Source: an uncultured Clostridia bacterium (GTDB taxonomy: Bacteria; Bacillota; Clostridia; Christensenellales; DTU072). Taken from it: a stretch of 64,000 nucleotides of DNA. Positions within the stretch are counted from its first letter, which is position 1, and every line of letters starts with the position of its first letter. Positions 10,299 through 19,562 of the stretch are shown here, piece after piece. The position numbers and the translations under genes were made by a program. Under the pieces are notes generated by a model, which ran no database searches, had not been told where the DNA came from, and worked only from the letters and a program-made list of their open reading frames with translations. The stretch spans positions 64,136-128,135 of the forward strand of contig CALVYG010000048.1 in assembly GCA_944372095.1 (NCBI GenBank), written 5' to 3'.

Positions 10299-11586
10299 AG
10301 ACTGCTTCTTTAAATTTTTCGCCTCGTTCGGCATAATTCTTATATCGGTCAAAACTTGCACAACAGGGTGAAAGCAATACGTTTGAAATATTGTTTTTCT
10401 TGCTGAGATAATTTACCGCATCTTGTAAACTGTCGAAAATATCTATATCTCCGTATCCCATTTTCATTGCCGAATTATAAATTTTTTCGGCATTACCGCC
10501 GGTTACGGCTATATACTTAACTTTTGAATTGATATTTTCGAAAAATTCACAGAAATCTTCATTTTTATCACTTCCGCCCATAATAAGACCAATATTGCCG
10601 TCTAAACTTTCTATTGCAAACCTGCAAGCATGGATATTTGTTCCTTTCGAATCGTTATAATAGCTTTTTCCGTCAAGTGTGGTAACATACTCTATTCTGT
10701 TAGGCAGAAGAGTATAAGTTTTAATCAGGTTTGGGAAAATATCACTTCTGATACCGAGTATCGCTCCGACGTTAAGCGCAACAAGCATATTGAATCTGTT
10801 ATGTTCTCCACGTAATTTACAGCACTTTACAGAACAAAGCGCTTTATCCTCATACATAAAAAATCCGTCTTTTATGTACACCTTTGAAAGTTTTCCGCCT
10901 ATACTGACAGGGATTGATTTTGCTCTTGTATGTCTTACAAATTCTCTTGCCGCACCGTCATCATTATTGAAGATAAGATATTGAGTTTCATCCTGATTTT
11001 CACAGATTTTTCTCTTTGTAGCAACATAATCGTCATATTGGGCATATCTGTCCATATGGTCAGGAGCTAAATTCAATATTACCGAAACATCGGGTTTTAC
11101 CGAAGCATATTCAAGTTGAAAACTGCTGACTTCTATTACGGCATAATCAAGATTTGTGCCGTCTAGAACAAGCTGACTAACCGGATATCCGATGTTCCCT
11201 GCCGCTTTTGCTTTATATCCGGCAAGCAACAAGAGTTTCTCTATCATTGAAACAACTGTTGTTTTGCCGTTTGTTCCCGTCACCATAATTTGAGGACACT
11301 TAAGAAACATACAACCGAGTTCCAATTCTCCGATAATCCGTACGCCATTCTTTTTTGCGGACAAAATAACGGGATGTTTAGGCGGAATTGAAGGACTGAC
11401 TACCACTAACGAAAAATTTTTTATCATATCATCGTCCGGCAACCCGATAAAATTAAATCCCGAAAGTTTTTTTATCGCGTCATCGTAACAATATACATTT
11501 GCGCCCAACCCGGAAAGAAGCGTTGCCGCACTGATTCCGCTGGCTTTCATTCCGACAACAAGTACTTTTTTATTTTCAAAAACCAT
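10270..11586 (-). CDS. murD: UDP-N-acetylmuramoylalanine--D-glutamate ligase
   Basis: N-terminal Rossmann fold KVLVVGMKASG and the Mur ligase P-loop GTNGKTT. Confidence 0.9.
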   Translation of the reverse strand: MVFENKKVLVVGMKASGISAATLLSGLGANVYCYDDAIKKLSGFNFIGLPDDDMIKNFSLVVVSPSIPPKHPVILSAKKNGVRIIGELELGCMFLKCPQIMVTGTNGKTTVVSMIEKLLLLAGYKAKAAGNIGYPVSQLVLDGTNLDYAVIEVSSFQLEYASVKPDVSVILNLAPDHMDRYAQYDDYVATKRKICENQDETQYLIFNNDDGAAREFVRHTRAKSIPVSIGGKLSKVYIKDGFFMYEDKALCSVKCCKLRGEHNRFNMLVALNVGAILGIRSDIFPNLIKTYTLLPNRIEYVTTLDGKSYYNDSKGTNIHACRFAIESLDGNIGLIMGGSDKNEDFCEFFENINSKVKYIAVTGGNAEKIYNSAMKMGYGDIDIFDSLQDAVNYLSKKNNISNVLLSPCCASFDRYKNYAERGEKFKEAVYAIKIKNKD

Positions 11587-11596
11587 GTCCCCTCCT

Positions 11597-12616
11597 TCAA
11601 GAGACTATTATTCCGACAACTCCCGCAACAGCTGTAATAATGCTGTAAAAAGCAACAATCTTGCTCTCACCATAATTTTTCATTTCCAAATGGTGATGAA
11701 GGGGCGCCATAAGAAATACCCTCTTTTTTTTCAGTTTAAAAACAATTACCTGTATTATTACTGATATGCCGCTCATAACGAACATTATTCCTACAAATAA
11801 AATTATAAAAGGATTTTTTATCATCATCGGCAAAATAGCGCAAGCTCCGCCGAGAGCAAGTGAACCCGTATCGCCCATAAATATTTTTGCCCGATATGAG
11901 TTATGCCATAAAAATCCCGCAAGTCCGCCCAGCAAAGAGGCTGTAAAAACCATCAGATTAAACAGTTCTTCGGAATAGAAAGTTTGTCCCAAATTATTTT
12001 TCTCGTCAAATAAAATGTAAATCAGTATTCCTATGCATATAAGATAAACGCTTACCGTGCTGCCCGCCAGACCGTCCAATCCGTCGGTGAGATTCACACA
12101 ATTGGTAGTAGCAATAAATATAATAAATCCCAAAGGAATATACCACCACGATATATTAACATAAGTTTTGAATACAGGAATAAATATCTCGCTTCCTACA
12201 TAACCGCTTTTATAACAATACAAAGTAGCTAGTACGGCAATCAGTGATTGCGAAATGATTTTTTGATAAGCACGTAAACCGAGGTTACGTTTCATTATTA
12301 TTTTTATCCCGTCATCCAAAGCACCTATACCGCCGTATACCAAAGTTGCTACCAGAGCAACAATAGCCAATTCGTTTTTTCCTTTCCAAAAAATAAGACA
12401 AGTCACCGCGCATGAAAAAAGGAATATTACTCCACCCATTGTGGGAATACCCTCTTTTTGCTTATGCTGTTCCACATAAGAAAGAATAGTTTGTTTTGCC
12501 TTGATTTTTTTCATCAAAGCAATATACGGAACGGCAATTATCATTGCAATAAAAAAAGCAGTTATAAACGAAATTGCTACATTTGACAATTTTTGCTCTC
12601 CAAAACCGTGAGACAA
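11597..12616 (-). CDS. mraY: Phospho-N-acetylmuramoyl-pentapeptide transferase
   Basis: GIPTMGG, NLTDGLDGLA and MGDTGSLALGG motifs. The track start is a TTG. A second TTG at 12589, preceded by GGAGAG, is an alternative start. Confidence 0.88.
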   Translation of the reverse strand: MSHGFGEQKLSNVAISFITAFFIAMIIAVPYIALMKKIKAKQTILSYVEQHKQKEGIPTMGGVIFLFSCAVTCLIFWKGKNELAIVALVATLVYGGIGALDDGIKIIMKRNLGLRAYQKIISQSLIAVLATLYCYKSGYVGSEIFIPVFKTYVNISWWYIPLGFIIFIATTNCVNLTDGLDGLAGSTVSVYLICIGILIYILFDEKNNLGQTFYSEELFNLMVFTASLLGGLAGFLWHNSYRAKIFMGDTGSLALGGACAILPMMIKNPFIILFVGIMFVMSGISVIIQVIVFKLKKKRVFLMAPLHHHLEMKNYGESKIVAFYSIITAVAGVVGIIVS

Positions 12617-14004
12617 ACTCTTTTATCGCTATACGGATATTTTTCTCCTTTGATTTCCATATAAGCCTCTCCTCCTTTACCGCAAACAACAACGCAATCA
12701 TCGTCGTTAGCCAGCCTGATGGCAAACTGTATCGCACATGTTCTGTCCGGAATTGTTATGTAATTTTGCTTTCCTTCAACCCCGCGGAGCATATCTTTAA
12801 TAATATCATCAGGATTTTCAAAACGAGGGTTATCCGATGTAAACACACAAACGTCTGCAATATCAGTTCCGATATTTGCCATTATCGGTCTTTTTAGTTT
12901 ATCTCTGTTGCCACCGCAACCGAAAACTGCAATAAGTTTTCCGTTTGTTGTTTCTTTTAGCGAACCTAAAATATTTTTTAATCCGTCAGGAGTATGCGCA
13001 TAATCGATAACTACTTTCGGACTGGACCAGACACAATCGGCTCTTCCCTCAATCGGAGAAAGCATTTTCAACCGCGACTGAATATCTTTCGGTGAAATTC
13101 CGACGAGCCTTGCCACCGCTATACATGCAAGTATATTATAGACGTTAAATCTTCCTTCAAAACGCGTTGAGACATATATAATATCGTCAAAAGCGTTTGC
13201 AATGAATTTTACACCGTTTTCACAATTGACATCTATTCCGAAAACATCACTTGGTTGGTTAATTCCGTAGCTTACGCTACATATGTTGCTGCTTTTAAGT
13301 ATCTCATAACCTGTTTCGTCATCTACGTTTATAACGCCTATTTTCATATTGTTTTTATCGAAATAACTGCGTTTTACCTCTGCATATTTTTCCATACTGA
13401 CAAAGAAATCAAGATGGTCTTGCGTTAAATTCGTAAATATGCATATTTCACATCGTATTGAATAAAACTTTTTAAAATAAATTGCATGTGCGCTTATTTC
13501 ACAAAATAAATACTCTATCCCCTTTTCAACGGCCTCTCTTAATATCTTAAAGAGAAGAGGCGGGTCAGGAGTAGTCAACGGGTTATCGCTTCGTTCTTCT
13601 CCGATGACAATACCGAGCGTGCCGATGATTCCGACCTTCTTATATGGTTTGAATAATTCGTAAAGAATATGCGTAATACTTGTTTTTCCGTTTGTCCCCA
13701 CAACCCCGACAATTTTCACCTTACGCTCGGGATTGTCATAAAAATCACTACAAGAAAGCGACAAACTCTCTCTTACATTATCAACTTTAATGCAAGGCAC
13801 AGAATACGCCTTTTCCGCCATAACGCATACGGCGCCTCTACGAAACGCGTCATCCAAATATTTTTCATTCCCTTCGGTTACTACAAAAAGATACCCTTTT
13901 CTTATTTTCCTTGAATCGGTTTCTATCCCGAAAATTTCATAATCCTCAATTATATTTGTTTCCTTTATTATTAATCTTTTGCATATTTCGGATAATCTTT
14001 TCAT
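12577..14004 (-). CDS. murE: UDP-MurNAc-tripeptide synthetase (meso-DAP-adding type)
   Basis: P-loop GTNGKTS and a DNPR motif (TSDNPRFE), which is characteristic of DAP-adding MurE. Confidence 0.88.
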   Translation of the reverse strand: MKRLSEICKRLIIKETNIIEDYEIFGIETDSRKIRKGYLFVVTEGNEKYLDDAFRRGAVCVMAEKAYSVPCIKVDNVRESLSLSCSDFYDNPERKVKIVGVVGTNGKTSITHILYELFKPYKKVGIIGTLGIVIGEERSDNPLTTPDPPLLFKILREAVEKGIEYLFCEISAHAIYFKKFYSIRCEICIFTNLTQDHLDFFVSMEKYAEVKRSYFDKNNMKIGVINVDDETGYEILKSSNICSVSYGINQPSDVFGIDVNCENGVKFIANAFDDIIYVSTRFEGRFNVYNILACIAVARLVGISPKDIQSRLKMLSPIEGRADCVWSSPKVVIDYAHTPDGLKNILGSLKETTNGKLIAVFGCGGNRDKLKRPIMANIGTDIADVCVFTSDNPRFENPDDIIKDMLRGVEGKQNYITIPDRTCAIQFAIRLANDDDCVVVCGKGGEAYMEIKGEKYPYSDKRVCLTVLESKNCQM

Positions 14005-14006
14005 TA

Positions 14007-15878
14007 TTACTCCTGACTCAATGAAATATAAACAGCATTATTTTTATTTACGTAACTTCCCGGTGCGGGTAACTGATATGTAACTTTATTTCCGTTCCCG
14101 ACTTCTCCGTAATATTCATAATATAACCCTTTCTGGGCAAGTATCGCACTTGCTTCCGTTAAAGATAATCCAATCAAATCAGGCATCTCGAATTTAGGTA
14201 ATGCTACCGTATTCTCCGGCTGCCAACCTCTGTATTCAAAAATTTGAGAAAAAATCGTCGATGCATATGGCGCCGCCACAACACTTCCGTAATATGCTCC
14301 TGTCGAGGGCTCATCGACAATAAAAAGCATTATATATTCCGGATTATCGGCGGGAGCAAATCCCATGAATGTCGCCACATATTTTCCGCCGGCTATTCCG
14401 CCGCCGCTTTCGGAATATTTCTGAGCCGTTCCCGTCTTGCCCCCGATACGGTAACCGTTTACTTGCGCGTTTTTTCCACCGCCGTCTCTGACAACTCCTT
14501 CAAATATTTCGCGCATAGTTCTACTTGTTTCTGCGCTGATTACATTATTTCTTATATTTTTATTTCCCTTATACAATATTTCCCCGCCTTGCACAATTTT
14601 ATCTACAAGATATGGCGTAAGCAATTCTCCTCCGTTTACTGCAGCCGCACAAGCAGTAAGAAGTTCTATTGCCGTTACCGCAACTGCTTGTCCGAATCCA
14701 ATCCTGGCGATATCGACGTTTTTCACTATATCGTAATTTATCATCAACCCTGATGCTTCACCGCTTGCATCTATACCGGTTTTGTCGCAAATTCCGAACG
14801 ATTTCAAACCTGTATAAAGCTGTTCCTTTCCAAGTCCGAGTGCAATATCCATAAACATACAGTTACATGAATTCTGAACCGCTTCCGCAAATGTCTGTGA
14901 ACCGTGTCCAATTGTTCTCCAACATTTAATTTTTGTACCGTCAACAATTCTTGACCCGCCGCAATAACATCTTGTCGTCGAAGTATTTACCACACCGTAT
15001 TCCAAGCCTAATGCCGCTGTCAGCACTTTAAAAGTCGAACCCGGTTCATATACATCGCTTATTATTGTATTTCTGCTTACTTCCATCAACTTAGCTATAT
15101 CGTTTCTCGGAATGTTATTTAAATCAAATGAAGGCGATTGGGCCATTGCAACTATTGCTCCCGTTTTAGCATTCATAACCACACACGAAGCTGACTTTGC
15201 CTGATGAGTTTCGTAAGCATCGTTTACGGCATTCTGCACAAACCTCTGTATTGAATAGTCCAAGGTCAAATATAAGTCCGCACCCTTAACTCCTTCAATA
15301 TAATAGGTTAAATTCGAATCAAGCTCTCTGCCAATCAAGTCTGTTTCTGTAAGTAGCTTTCCGTCAATTCCTTGCAAATAAGAATTGTATTGAGCTTCTA
15401 TGCCTGTTTGCCCAACTCCGTCTATATTTGTAAATCCCAGTACCATCGAAGAAAAATCTCCGTATATATAATTACGTTTTATATTTTGAGCATAATAAAC
15501 GCCTGTCGGTTTTGCCGCATATATAAGAGATATCTGTTCACTTGTTACATTTTTCGACACTGTAACTTCGCTTACTTTGGCATTTATTCTGTCATAAAGT
15601 TTTTTCTCGTCTATGCCTAGAATTGACGACAAAATCTGAGCAGTATAAGCTTTATCTGTAACAGAATTCGGTCTTACATAAACTGTATAAATTGTTCCCG
15701 TATCAGCCAGCAATACTCCGTTTACGTCATAAATATCACCACGTTCCCCTGTAACAGGAACGTCTCGCGTCCATTGGTCCAACGCTTTTATCTGTAAACT
15801 TTCGGAAGAAATTACCATCAGATAAATTAATCTTCCGAAAATAGCCGTAAATAAAAAGATTATTAATACCATAAGCAT
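14007..15878 (-). CDS. ftsI: Class B penicillin-binding protein (FtsI/SpoVD type) with one C-terminal PASTA domain
   Basis: Transpeptidase motifs STFK, SCN and KTGT, plus a PASTA-like C-terminus. The 5' end may extend to a non-canonical start codon (see findings). Confidence 0.88.
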   Translation of the reverse strand: MLMVLIIFLFTAIFGRLIYLMVISSESLQIKALDQWTRDVPVTGERGDIYDVNGVLLADTGTIYTVYVRPNSVTDKAYTAQILSSILGIDEKKLYDRINAKVSEVTVSKNVTSEQISLIYAAKPTGVYYAQNIKRNYIYGDFSSMVLGFTNIDGVGQTGIEAQYNSYLQGIDGKLLTETDLIGRELDSNLTYYIEGVKGADLYLTLDYSIQRFVQNAVNDAYETHQAKSASCVVMNAKTGAIVAMAQSPSFDLNNIPRNDIAKLMEVSRNTIISDVYEPGSTFKVLTAALGLEYGVVNTSTTRCYCGGSRIVDGTKIKCWRTIGHGSQTFAEAVQNSCNCMFMDIALGLGKEQLYTGLKSFGICDKTGIDASGEASGLMINYDIVKNVDIARIGFGQAVAVTAIELLTACAAAVNGGELLTPYLVDKIVQGGEILYKGNKNIRNNVISAETSRTMREIFEGVVRDGGGKNAQVNGYRIGGKTGTAQKYSESGGGIAGGKYVATFMGFAPADNPEYIMLFIVDEPSTGAYYGSVVAAPYASTIFSQIFEYRGWQPENTVALPKFEMPDLIGLSLTEASAILAQKGLYYEYYGEVGNGNKVTYQLPAPGSYVNKNNAVYISLSQE

Positions 15879-15940
15879 TAATAATCTTTTGTTTAACCTG
15901 TACTTGGATGTTTTAATTATTCAGTTTACCTTCTTTTAGC

Positions 15941-16465
15941 TTATTTCAGCGAATCACAAAGGTTATCGAACCAGTCCCCGTTATCTTCGGTTTCTTCGTC
16001 TTGCATTAACTCGATTTTTGAAGATTCCATATTATCGGGTTTTTCTGCTGCTCCCGCGCTTTCGAAATTATTACCTGTTGTTGTTTTCACTACTACTATT
16101 AATGCCAAACAAAGCATAATAATGACATAAGCGCATAATAAAATTTTTCCGAATTTTTTAAATTGAACTGTTTTGGAATTATTTTGCACCGCAGATGTTT
16201 TACTTTGACCACATAACGCATTCCACATCTTTGTTTTCTTATCCTCTTCGGTATCTCTGCACTCAAACTCTTCTTGTGTCAAGACTTTTTCATCGGAGGG
16301 CTGGGTTCTTCTCAGTTGTTCTTTAAGATACTTTGCATAAGACGCGGTAAACTTCGGCGTTTCTTCTTCCGTATCGAATATACAGTCTATTTCGTCCAAC
16401 TCCGGAACGGACTTGTTTTTACTTATAATAAAATTATCATAGGCTGTTAATTTATCTTTATTCAT
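15941..16465 (-). CDS. Acidic bitopic membrane protein in the ftsL position
   Basis: Single TM (ILLCAYVIIMLCLALIVVV) at about residue 115, between rsmH and the PBP gene. No recognisable FtsL-like coiled coil. Confidence 0.5.
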   Translation of the reverse strand: MNKDKLTAYDNFIISKNKSVPELDEIDCIFDTEEETPKFTASYAKYLKEQLRRTQPSDEKVLTQEEFECRDTEEDKKTKMWNALCGQSKTSAVQNNSKTVQFKKFGKILLCAYVIIMLCLALIVVVKTTTGNNFESAGAAEKPDNMESSKIELMQDEETEDNGDWFDNLCDSLK

Positions 16466-16478
16466 TTTGTCCCTCCTT

Positions 16479-17408
16479 TTATACTCTTTTGATTATTCTT
16501 AATTTCGCACTTTCCGAACGTTTGTTAATTGTTGCTTCTTCTTTCCCGAATATCGGTTTTTTTGTCAGTATTTCAACCTCTTTTCTTTTGTTGCACACAC
16601 ATACAGGTAATTTTTTATCACATATGCAATCTTTTTCCAATTCGGCAAAAGCCCTTTTTACGATTCTGTCTTCAAGAGAATGAAATGTTATAACACACAT
16701 TCTTCCGCCTTTTTTCAGCATTAGTGCGATTTTACATATAAAATCGTATAATCCGTCAAGTTCACCGTTCACCTCTATTCTGATTGCCTGAAAAGTTCTT
16801 TTGGCAGGATTTCCGAATTTGTATCTGTCTTTTGCCGGAAATGTTTTCGCAATAATAGATGCAAGTTTCAAAGTACTGTTTATTTTTTCTTTTTCTCGTT
16901 CTTTGACTATTGCATTAGCTATTCTGCGCGAATATCTCTCTTCTCCGTATTCGAACAGTATTCTGCTCAATTCTTCTTCGGAATATTCATTCACGACTTC
17001 AAAAGCAGATTTCTTTTGTTCAGAATTCATTCTCATATCAAGCGGACCGTCCTTAATATATGAAAATCCCCTCTCCGGATTATCAATCTGATAAGAACTA
17101 ACCCCTAAATCCAACAAAATTCCGTCAACTTCATTGATTCCGCTTTCAATGAGATTATTGCATAAATTTTTGTAGTCGTCGTGAATGAAAGTAATTTTAT
17201 CAAGTTGCGTTGCAAAAATTTCTTTTGCGTGTTCTATTGCGTCGATGTCAAAGTCATTGACAATCAATTTACCTGTGGTTAATTTCCCGAGTATTCCTGA
17301 ACTGTGTCCTCCGCCTCCGAGCGTTCCGTCGACATATACCCCGTCCGGCTTAATATCCAACCCTTCAATTACCGCATTGAACAATACCGGGAAATGATTA
17401 TATTCCAT
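16479..17408 (-). CDS. rsmH: 16S rRNA (cytosine1402-N4)-methyltransferase
   Basis: HFPVL...DGTLGGGGHS...LGVSSYQID motifs. Confidence 0.93.
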   Translation of the reverse strand: MEYNHFPVLFNAVIEGLDIKPDGVYVDGTLGGGGHSSGILGKLTTGKLIVNDFDIDAIEHAKEIFATQLDKITFIHDDYKNLCNNLIESGINEVDGILLDLGVSSYQIDNPERGFSYIKDGPLDMRMNSEQKKSAFEVVNEYSEEELSRILFEYGEERYSRRIANAIVKEREKEKINSTLKLASIIAKTFPAKDRYKFGNPAKRTFQAIRIEVNGELDGLYDFICKIALMLKKGGRMCVITFHSLEDRIVKRAFAELEKDCICDKKLPVCVCNKRKEVEILTKKPIFGKEEATINKRSESAKLRIIKRV

Positions 17409-17409
17409 T

Positions 17410-17841
17410 TTAAATTCCTAACGCACGTACTGCCCCGTTAATATCGAGTTTATCAGTGCCGTAAGTCTTATCGTATGCTTCTTCCGACCAGATTTCCACT
17501 CTCGTCATTGCACCTAAAAAAACTACTTTTTTATTTATCTTTGCATATTCTCTCAATTTCGACGGGAGAACAAATCTGCCCTGTGCATCTTCTTCCGGCG
17601 AAAAAACCGTCGAACTGAACATACGCAACGCATTCTGTTTGCCGAAATCCGCAAACGGTGTTTCTTCCGCCAATTCGGCTATTCTTCCAGTGAATTCTTC
17701 TTCCGTCATTAAGAACAAGGCGCCGTCAGTTCCGGCGCAAATTGTAACTGAGCCATTCCCCAGTTGCGATTTTATTTTATTCGGTATTCTCATGCGTCCC
17801 TTATCGTCTAACGCGACTCGGTACTCTCCGAAATAATACAT
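17410..17841 (-). CDS. mraZ: Transcriptional regulator MraZ
   Basis: Two SpoVT-AbrB-like repeats: LDDKGRMRIP and EDAQGRFVLP. Confidence 0.92.
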   Translation of the reverse strand: MYYFGEYRVALDDKGRMRIPNKIKSQLGNGSVTICAGTDGALFLMTEEEFTGRIAELAEETPFADFGKQNALRMFSSTVFSPEEDAQGRFVLPSKLREYAKINKKVVFLGAMTRVEIWSEEAYDKTYGTDKLDINGAVRALGI

Positions 17842-17893
17842 CTGCCTTGTTCCCTCTTTAATTTACAATCCCACATTCCTTGATTGCAACACT

Positions 17894-17922
17894 ATTGTAA
17901 CACAGTTCTTTTCCATTGACAA
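17894..17922 (-). promoter_or_regulatory. Sigma-A-type promoter of the mraZ/dcw operon
   Basis: Minus strand reads TTGTCA-17 nt-TACAAT with an upstream TGT (extended -10), about 50 nt before the mraZ ATG. Confidence 0.55.
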
Positions 17923-17971
17923 CCACTTTATGTATTTTTTTTTGAAAAAATTTTATAAAATAGTTTTTTAA

Positions 17972-18018
17972 TTCCACTTATTTCCACAAAATCATTTTTA
18001 TTTTCCACTTGTTTCCAT
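17972..18018 (-). promoter_or_regulatory. Array of four GTGGAA/ATGGAA direct repeats (candidate MraZ operator)
   Basis: Plus-strand ttccac at 17972, 17982 and 18003, and ttccat at 18013. Forms two pairs with 10-bp spacing, 31 bp apart, upstream of the -35. Confidence 0.45.
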
Positions 18019-18091
18019 TTATATATAAAAAAGCTCCTGTTTTGACAAGAGCTGAAATATTATAATTTAATAATGATATATTAATGTATAA

Positions 18092-18787
18092 TTAAATTTC
18101 TTTTAATTTATTTTCAAGATAATCGCATGAAGTTAAAAAATATTTTGTTCCGCCGACATTAGCGATTCCGTATTTATAATTCGGCGATACACCGTGTATA
18201 TGTCCGTACACTACGCGTTTAACGTTGTATTGGCTGAACAAAGCGCAAAAAGGAGAAACATCGAAGCTTGAATTAAAAGGCGGAAAATGAATCATTCCGA
18301 TTATCTCTTTTTCAGCTGAAATTTTTTTTGCCGATTCAAGAGACATTTTTAATCTTGCAATTTCTCTATCAAAAATTTTTTTATCGTCCGAACTTTGAGT
18401 TTCATGTCTTTCCGGCACATTCCATCCCCTTGTTCCGCAAAATACATAATCATTAAAATCCAATGCGTTATTTTGCAGAAAGAAGGTATTGTTAAGATTC
18501 AGCGAACAAAGTTTTTTATATGTACACCACCAATAATCGTGATTACCTCTGATAATTATTTTTTTCCCGGGAAGTTCCGCAATCTCTTCCAAATCGGTTA
18601 TTGCCTGTAAAAGATTCATTCCCCACGAAATGTCTCCCGCGATTAAAACGACATCATTATCCGAAACTTTGTCTTTCCAATCGCTTCTGATTATATCCCA
18701 ATGCCCAATCCAGGATTTACCGAAAATATCCATTGGTTTATCTGAGCCTTTTGTAAGATGAAGGTCGCTTATTGAAAAAATTTTCAT
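18092..18787 (-). CDS. Calcineurin-like metallophosphoesterase
   Basis: SDLHL, GDISW, GNHDYW and GHIHG metal-ligand motifs. Confidence 0.8.
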   Translation of the reverse strand: MKIFSISDLHLTKGSDKPMDIFGKSWIGHWDIIRSDWKDKVSDNDVVLIAGDISWGMNLLQAITDLEEIAELPGKKIIIRGNHDYWWCTYKKLCSLNLNNTFFLQNNALDFNDYVFCGTRGWNVPERHETQSSDDKKIFDREIARLKMSLESAKKISAEKEIIGMIHFPPFNSSFDVSPFCALFSQYNVKRVVYGHIHGVSPNYKYGIANVGGTKYFLTSCDYLENKLKEI

Positions 18788-18850
18788 AAAACAATAATAT
18801 CATATATTGCGTTTAATTACAATAAAAAAGTATCGCTTCATTTGATAAAC

Positions 18851-18877
18851 ACAACGCGAATAAGAAATTCATACAAT
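18851..18877 (+). promoter_or_regulatory. Possible mother-cell (SigK/SigE-type) promoter
   Basis: AC-17 nt-CATACAAT located 32 nt upstream of the 18909 ATG. CATACA-T / CATA---TA are the known -10 consensus shapes for SigE/SigK. Confidence 0.3.
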
Positions 18878-18908
18878 GTACTAGATATAAGTAAAAGGGA
18901 GATTTATT

Positions 18909-19508
18909 ATGGCTTGTAATTTCAGAAATTCTAACTCTTCCGCTTTATGTTGTACCGGAAACAGTGCGTGCGAAAAAACGTGTATCGAGGTAAAAAGAGT
19001 TTTTGACGCGTGCTTACAGCAACGAAGCGTAAGTACAACGCTTACGGTAGATTTCGGTTCGGAGACGGCTACGTCTATACTTAGTGTAAACAGCTCGGGA
19101 GAAAGTACGATAAGCTCACTTGTCGTCAACCCGATTGCAGGCACACCGAATTCAAGAGTAAGTTTTACACTTACAACCCCCGTTACTGTCACCGGAACAA
19201 ATTCAGCGGGAGCAACCATCACAGGAACTTCCAGTATGTCATTCGATATGGATATAGTACTCAGAGTTCCTCAGGACGGCGTAATCGCACCTCAGATTGA
19301 CGCTACCGTCGTAGTGGTAGGCCTGCAAAATACCGTAACCGCAGGCAACACGGTAACAACGAACGCTTGTGTCTCCATTATCACAAAAGTAGTGGCAGAC
19401 GTAATACTCGTGGTCCCGTCTTACGGTTATCCCGTATTGCCGCCCTGCCAGGAATATACTCAGGATATCTGCTCGGGAGTATTCAACACACCTGTATTCC
19501 CTCGCTGA
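18909..19508 (+). CDS. Cys-capped Thr/Val/Ser-rich hypothetical protein (candidate spore-surface protein)
   Basis: SD AGGGAG sits 8 nt before the ATG and a terminator follows. The N-terminus has 7 Cys in 35 aa, the C-terminus has 2 Cys, and the core is rich in beta-formers. No signal peptide. Confidence 0.6.
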   Translation: MACNFRNSNSSALCCTGNSACEKTCIEVKRVFDACLQQRSVSTTLTVDFGSETATSILSVNSSGESTISSLVVNPIAGTPNSRVSFTLTTPVTVTGTNSAGATITGTSSMSFDMDIVLRVPQDGVIAPQIDATVVVVGLQNTVTAGNTVTTNACVSIITKVVADVILVVPSYGYPVLPPCQEYTQDICSGVFNTPVFPR

Positions 19509-19531
19509 AAATTTACTACGGAAAATATAAT

Positions 19532-19562
19532 AGCCGCCCGCAAATTACGGGCGGCTGATTTT
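19532..19562. terminator. Bidirectional terminator between convergent genes
   Basis: 9-bp GC-rich stem agccgcccg/cgggcggct followed by T-rich sequence. Confidence 0.7.

Noticed and set aside
18881-19222. 113-aa minus-strand ORF antisense to the 199-aa Cys-capped gene
   Set aside because: The plus-strand frame is longer and has an SD, a promoter-like motif and a terminator, and the minus frame has none. The double openness reflects the codon-biased T/V/S composition.
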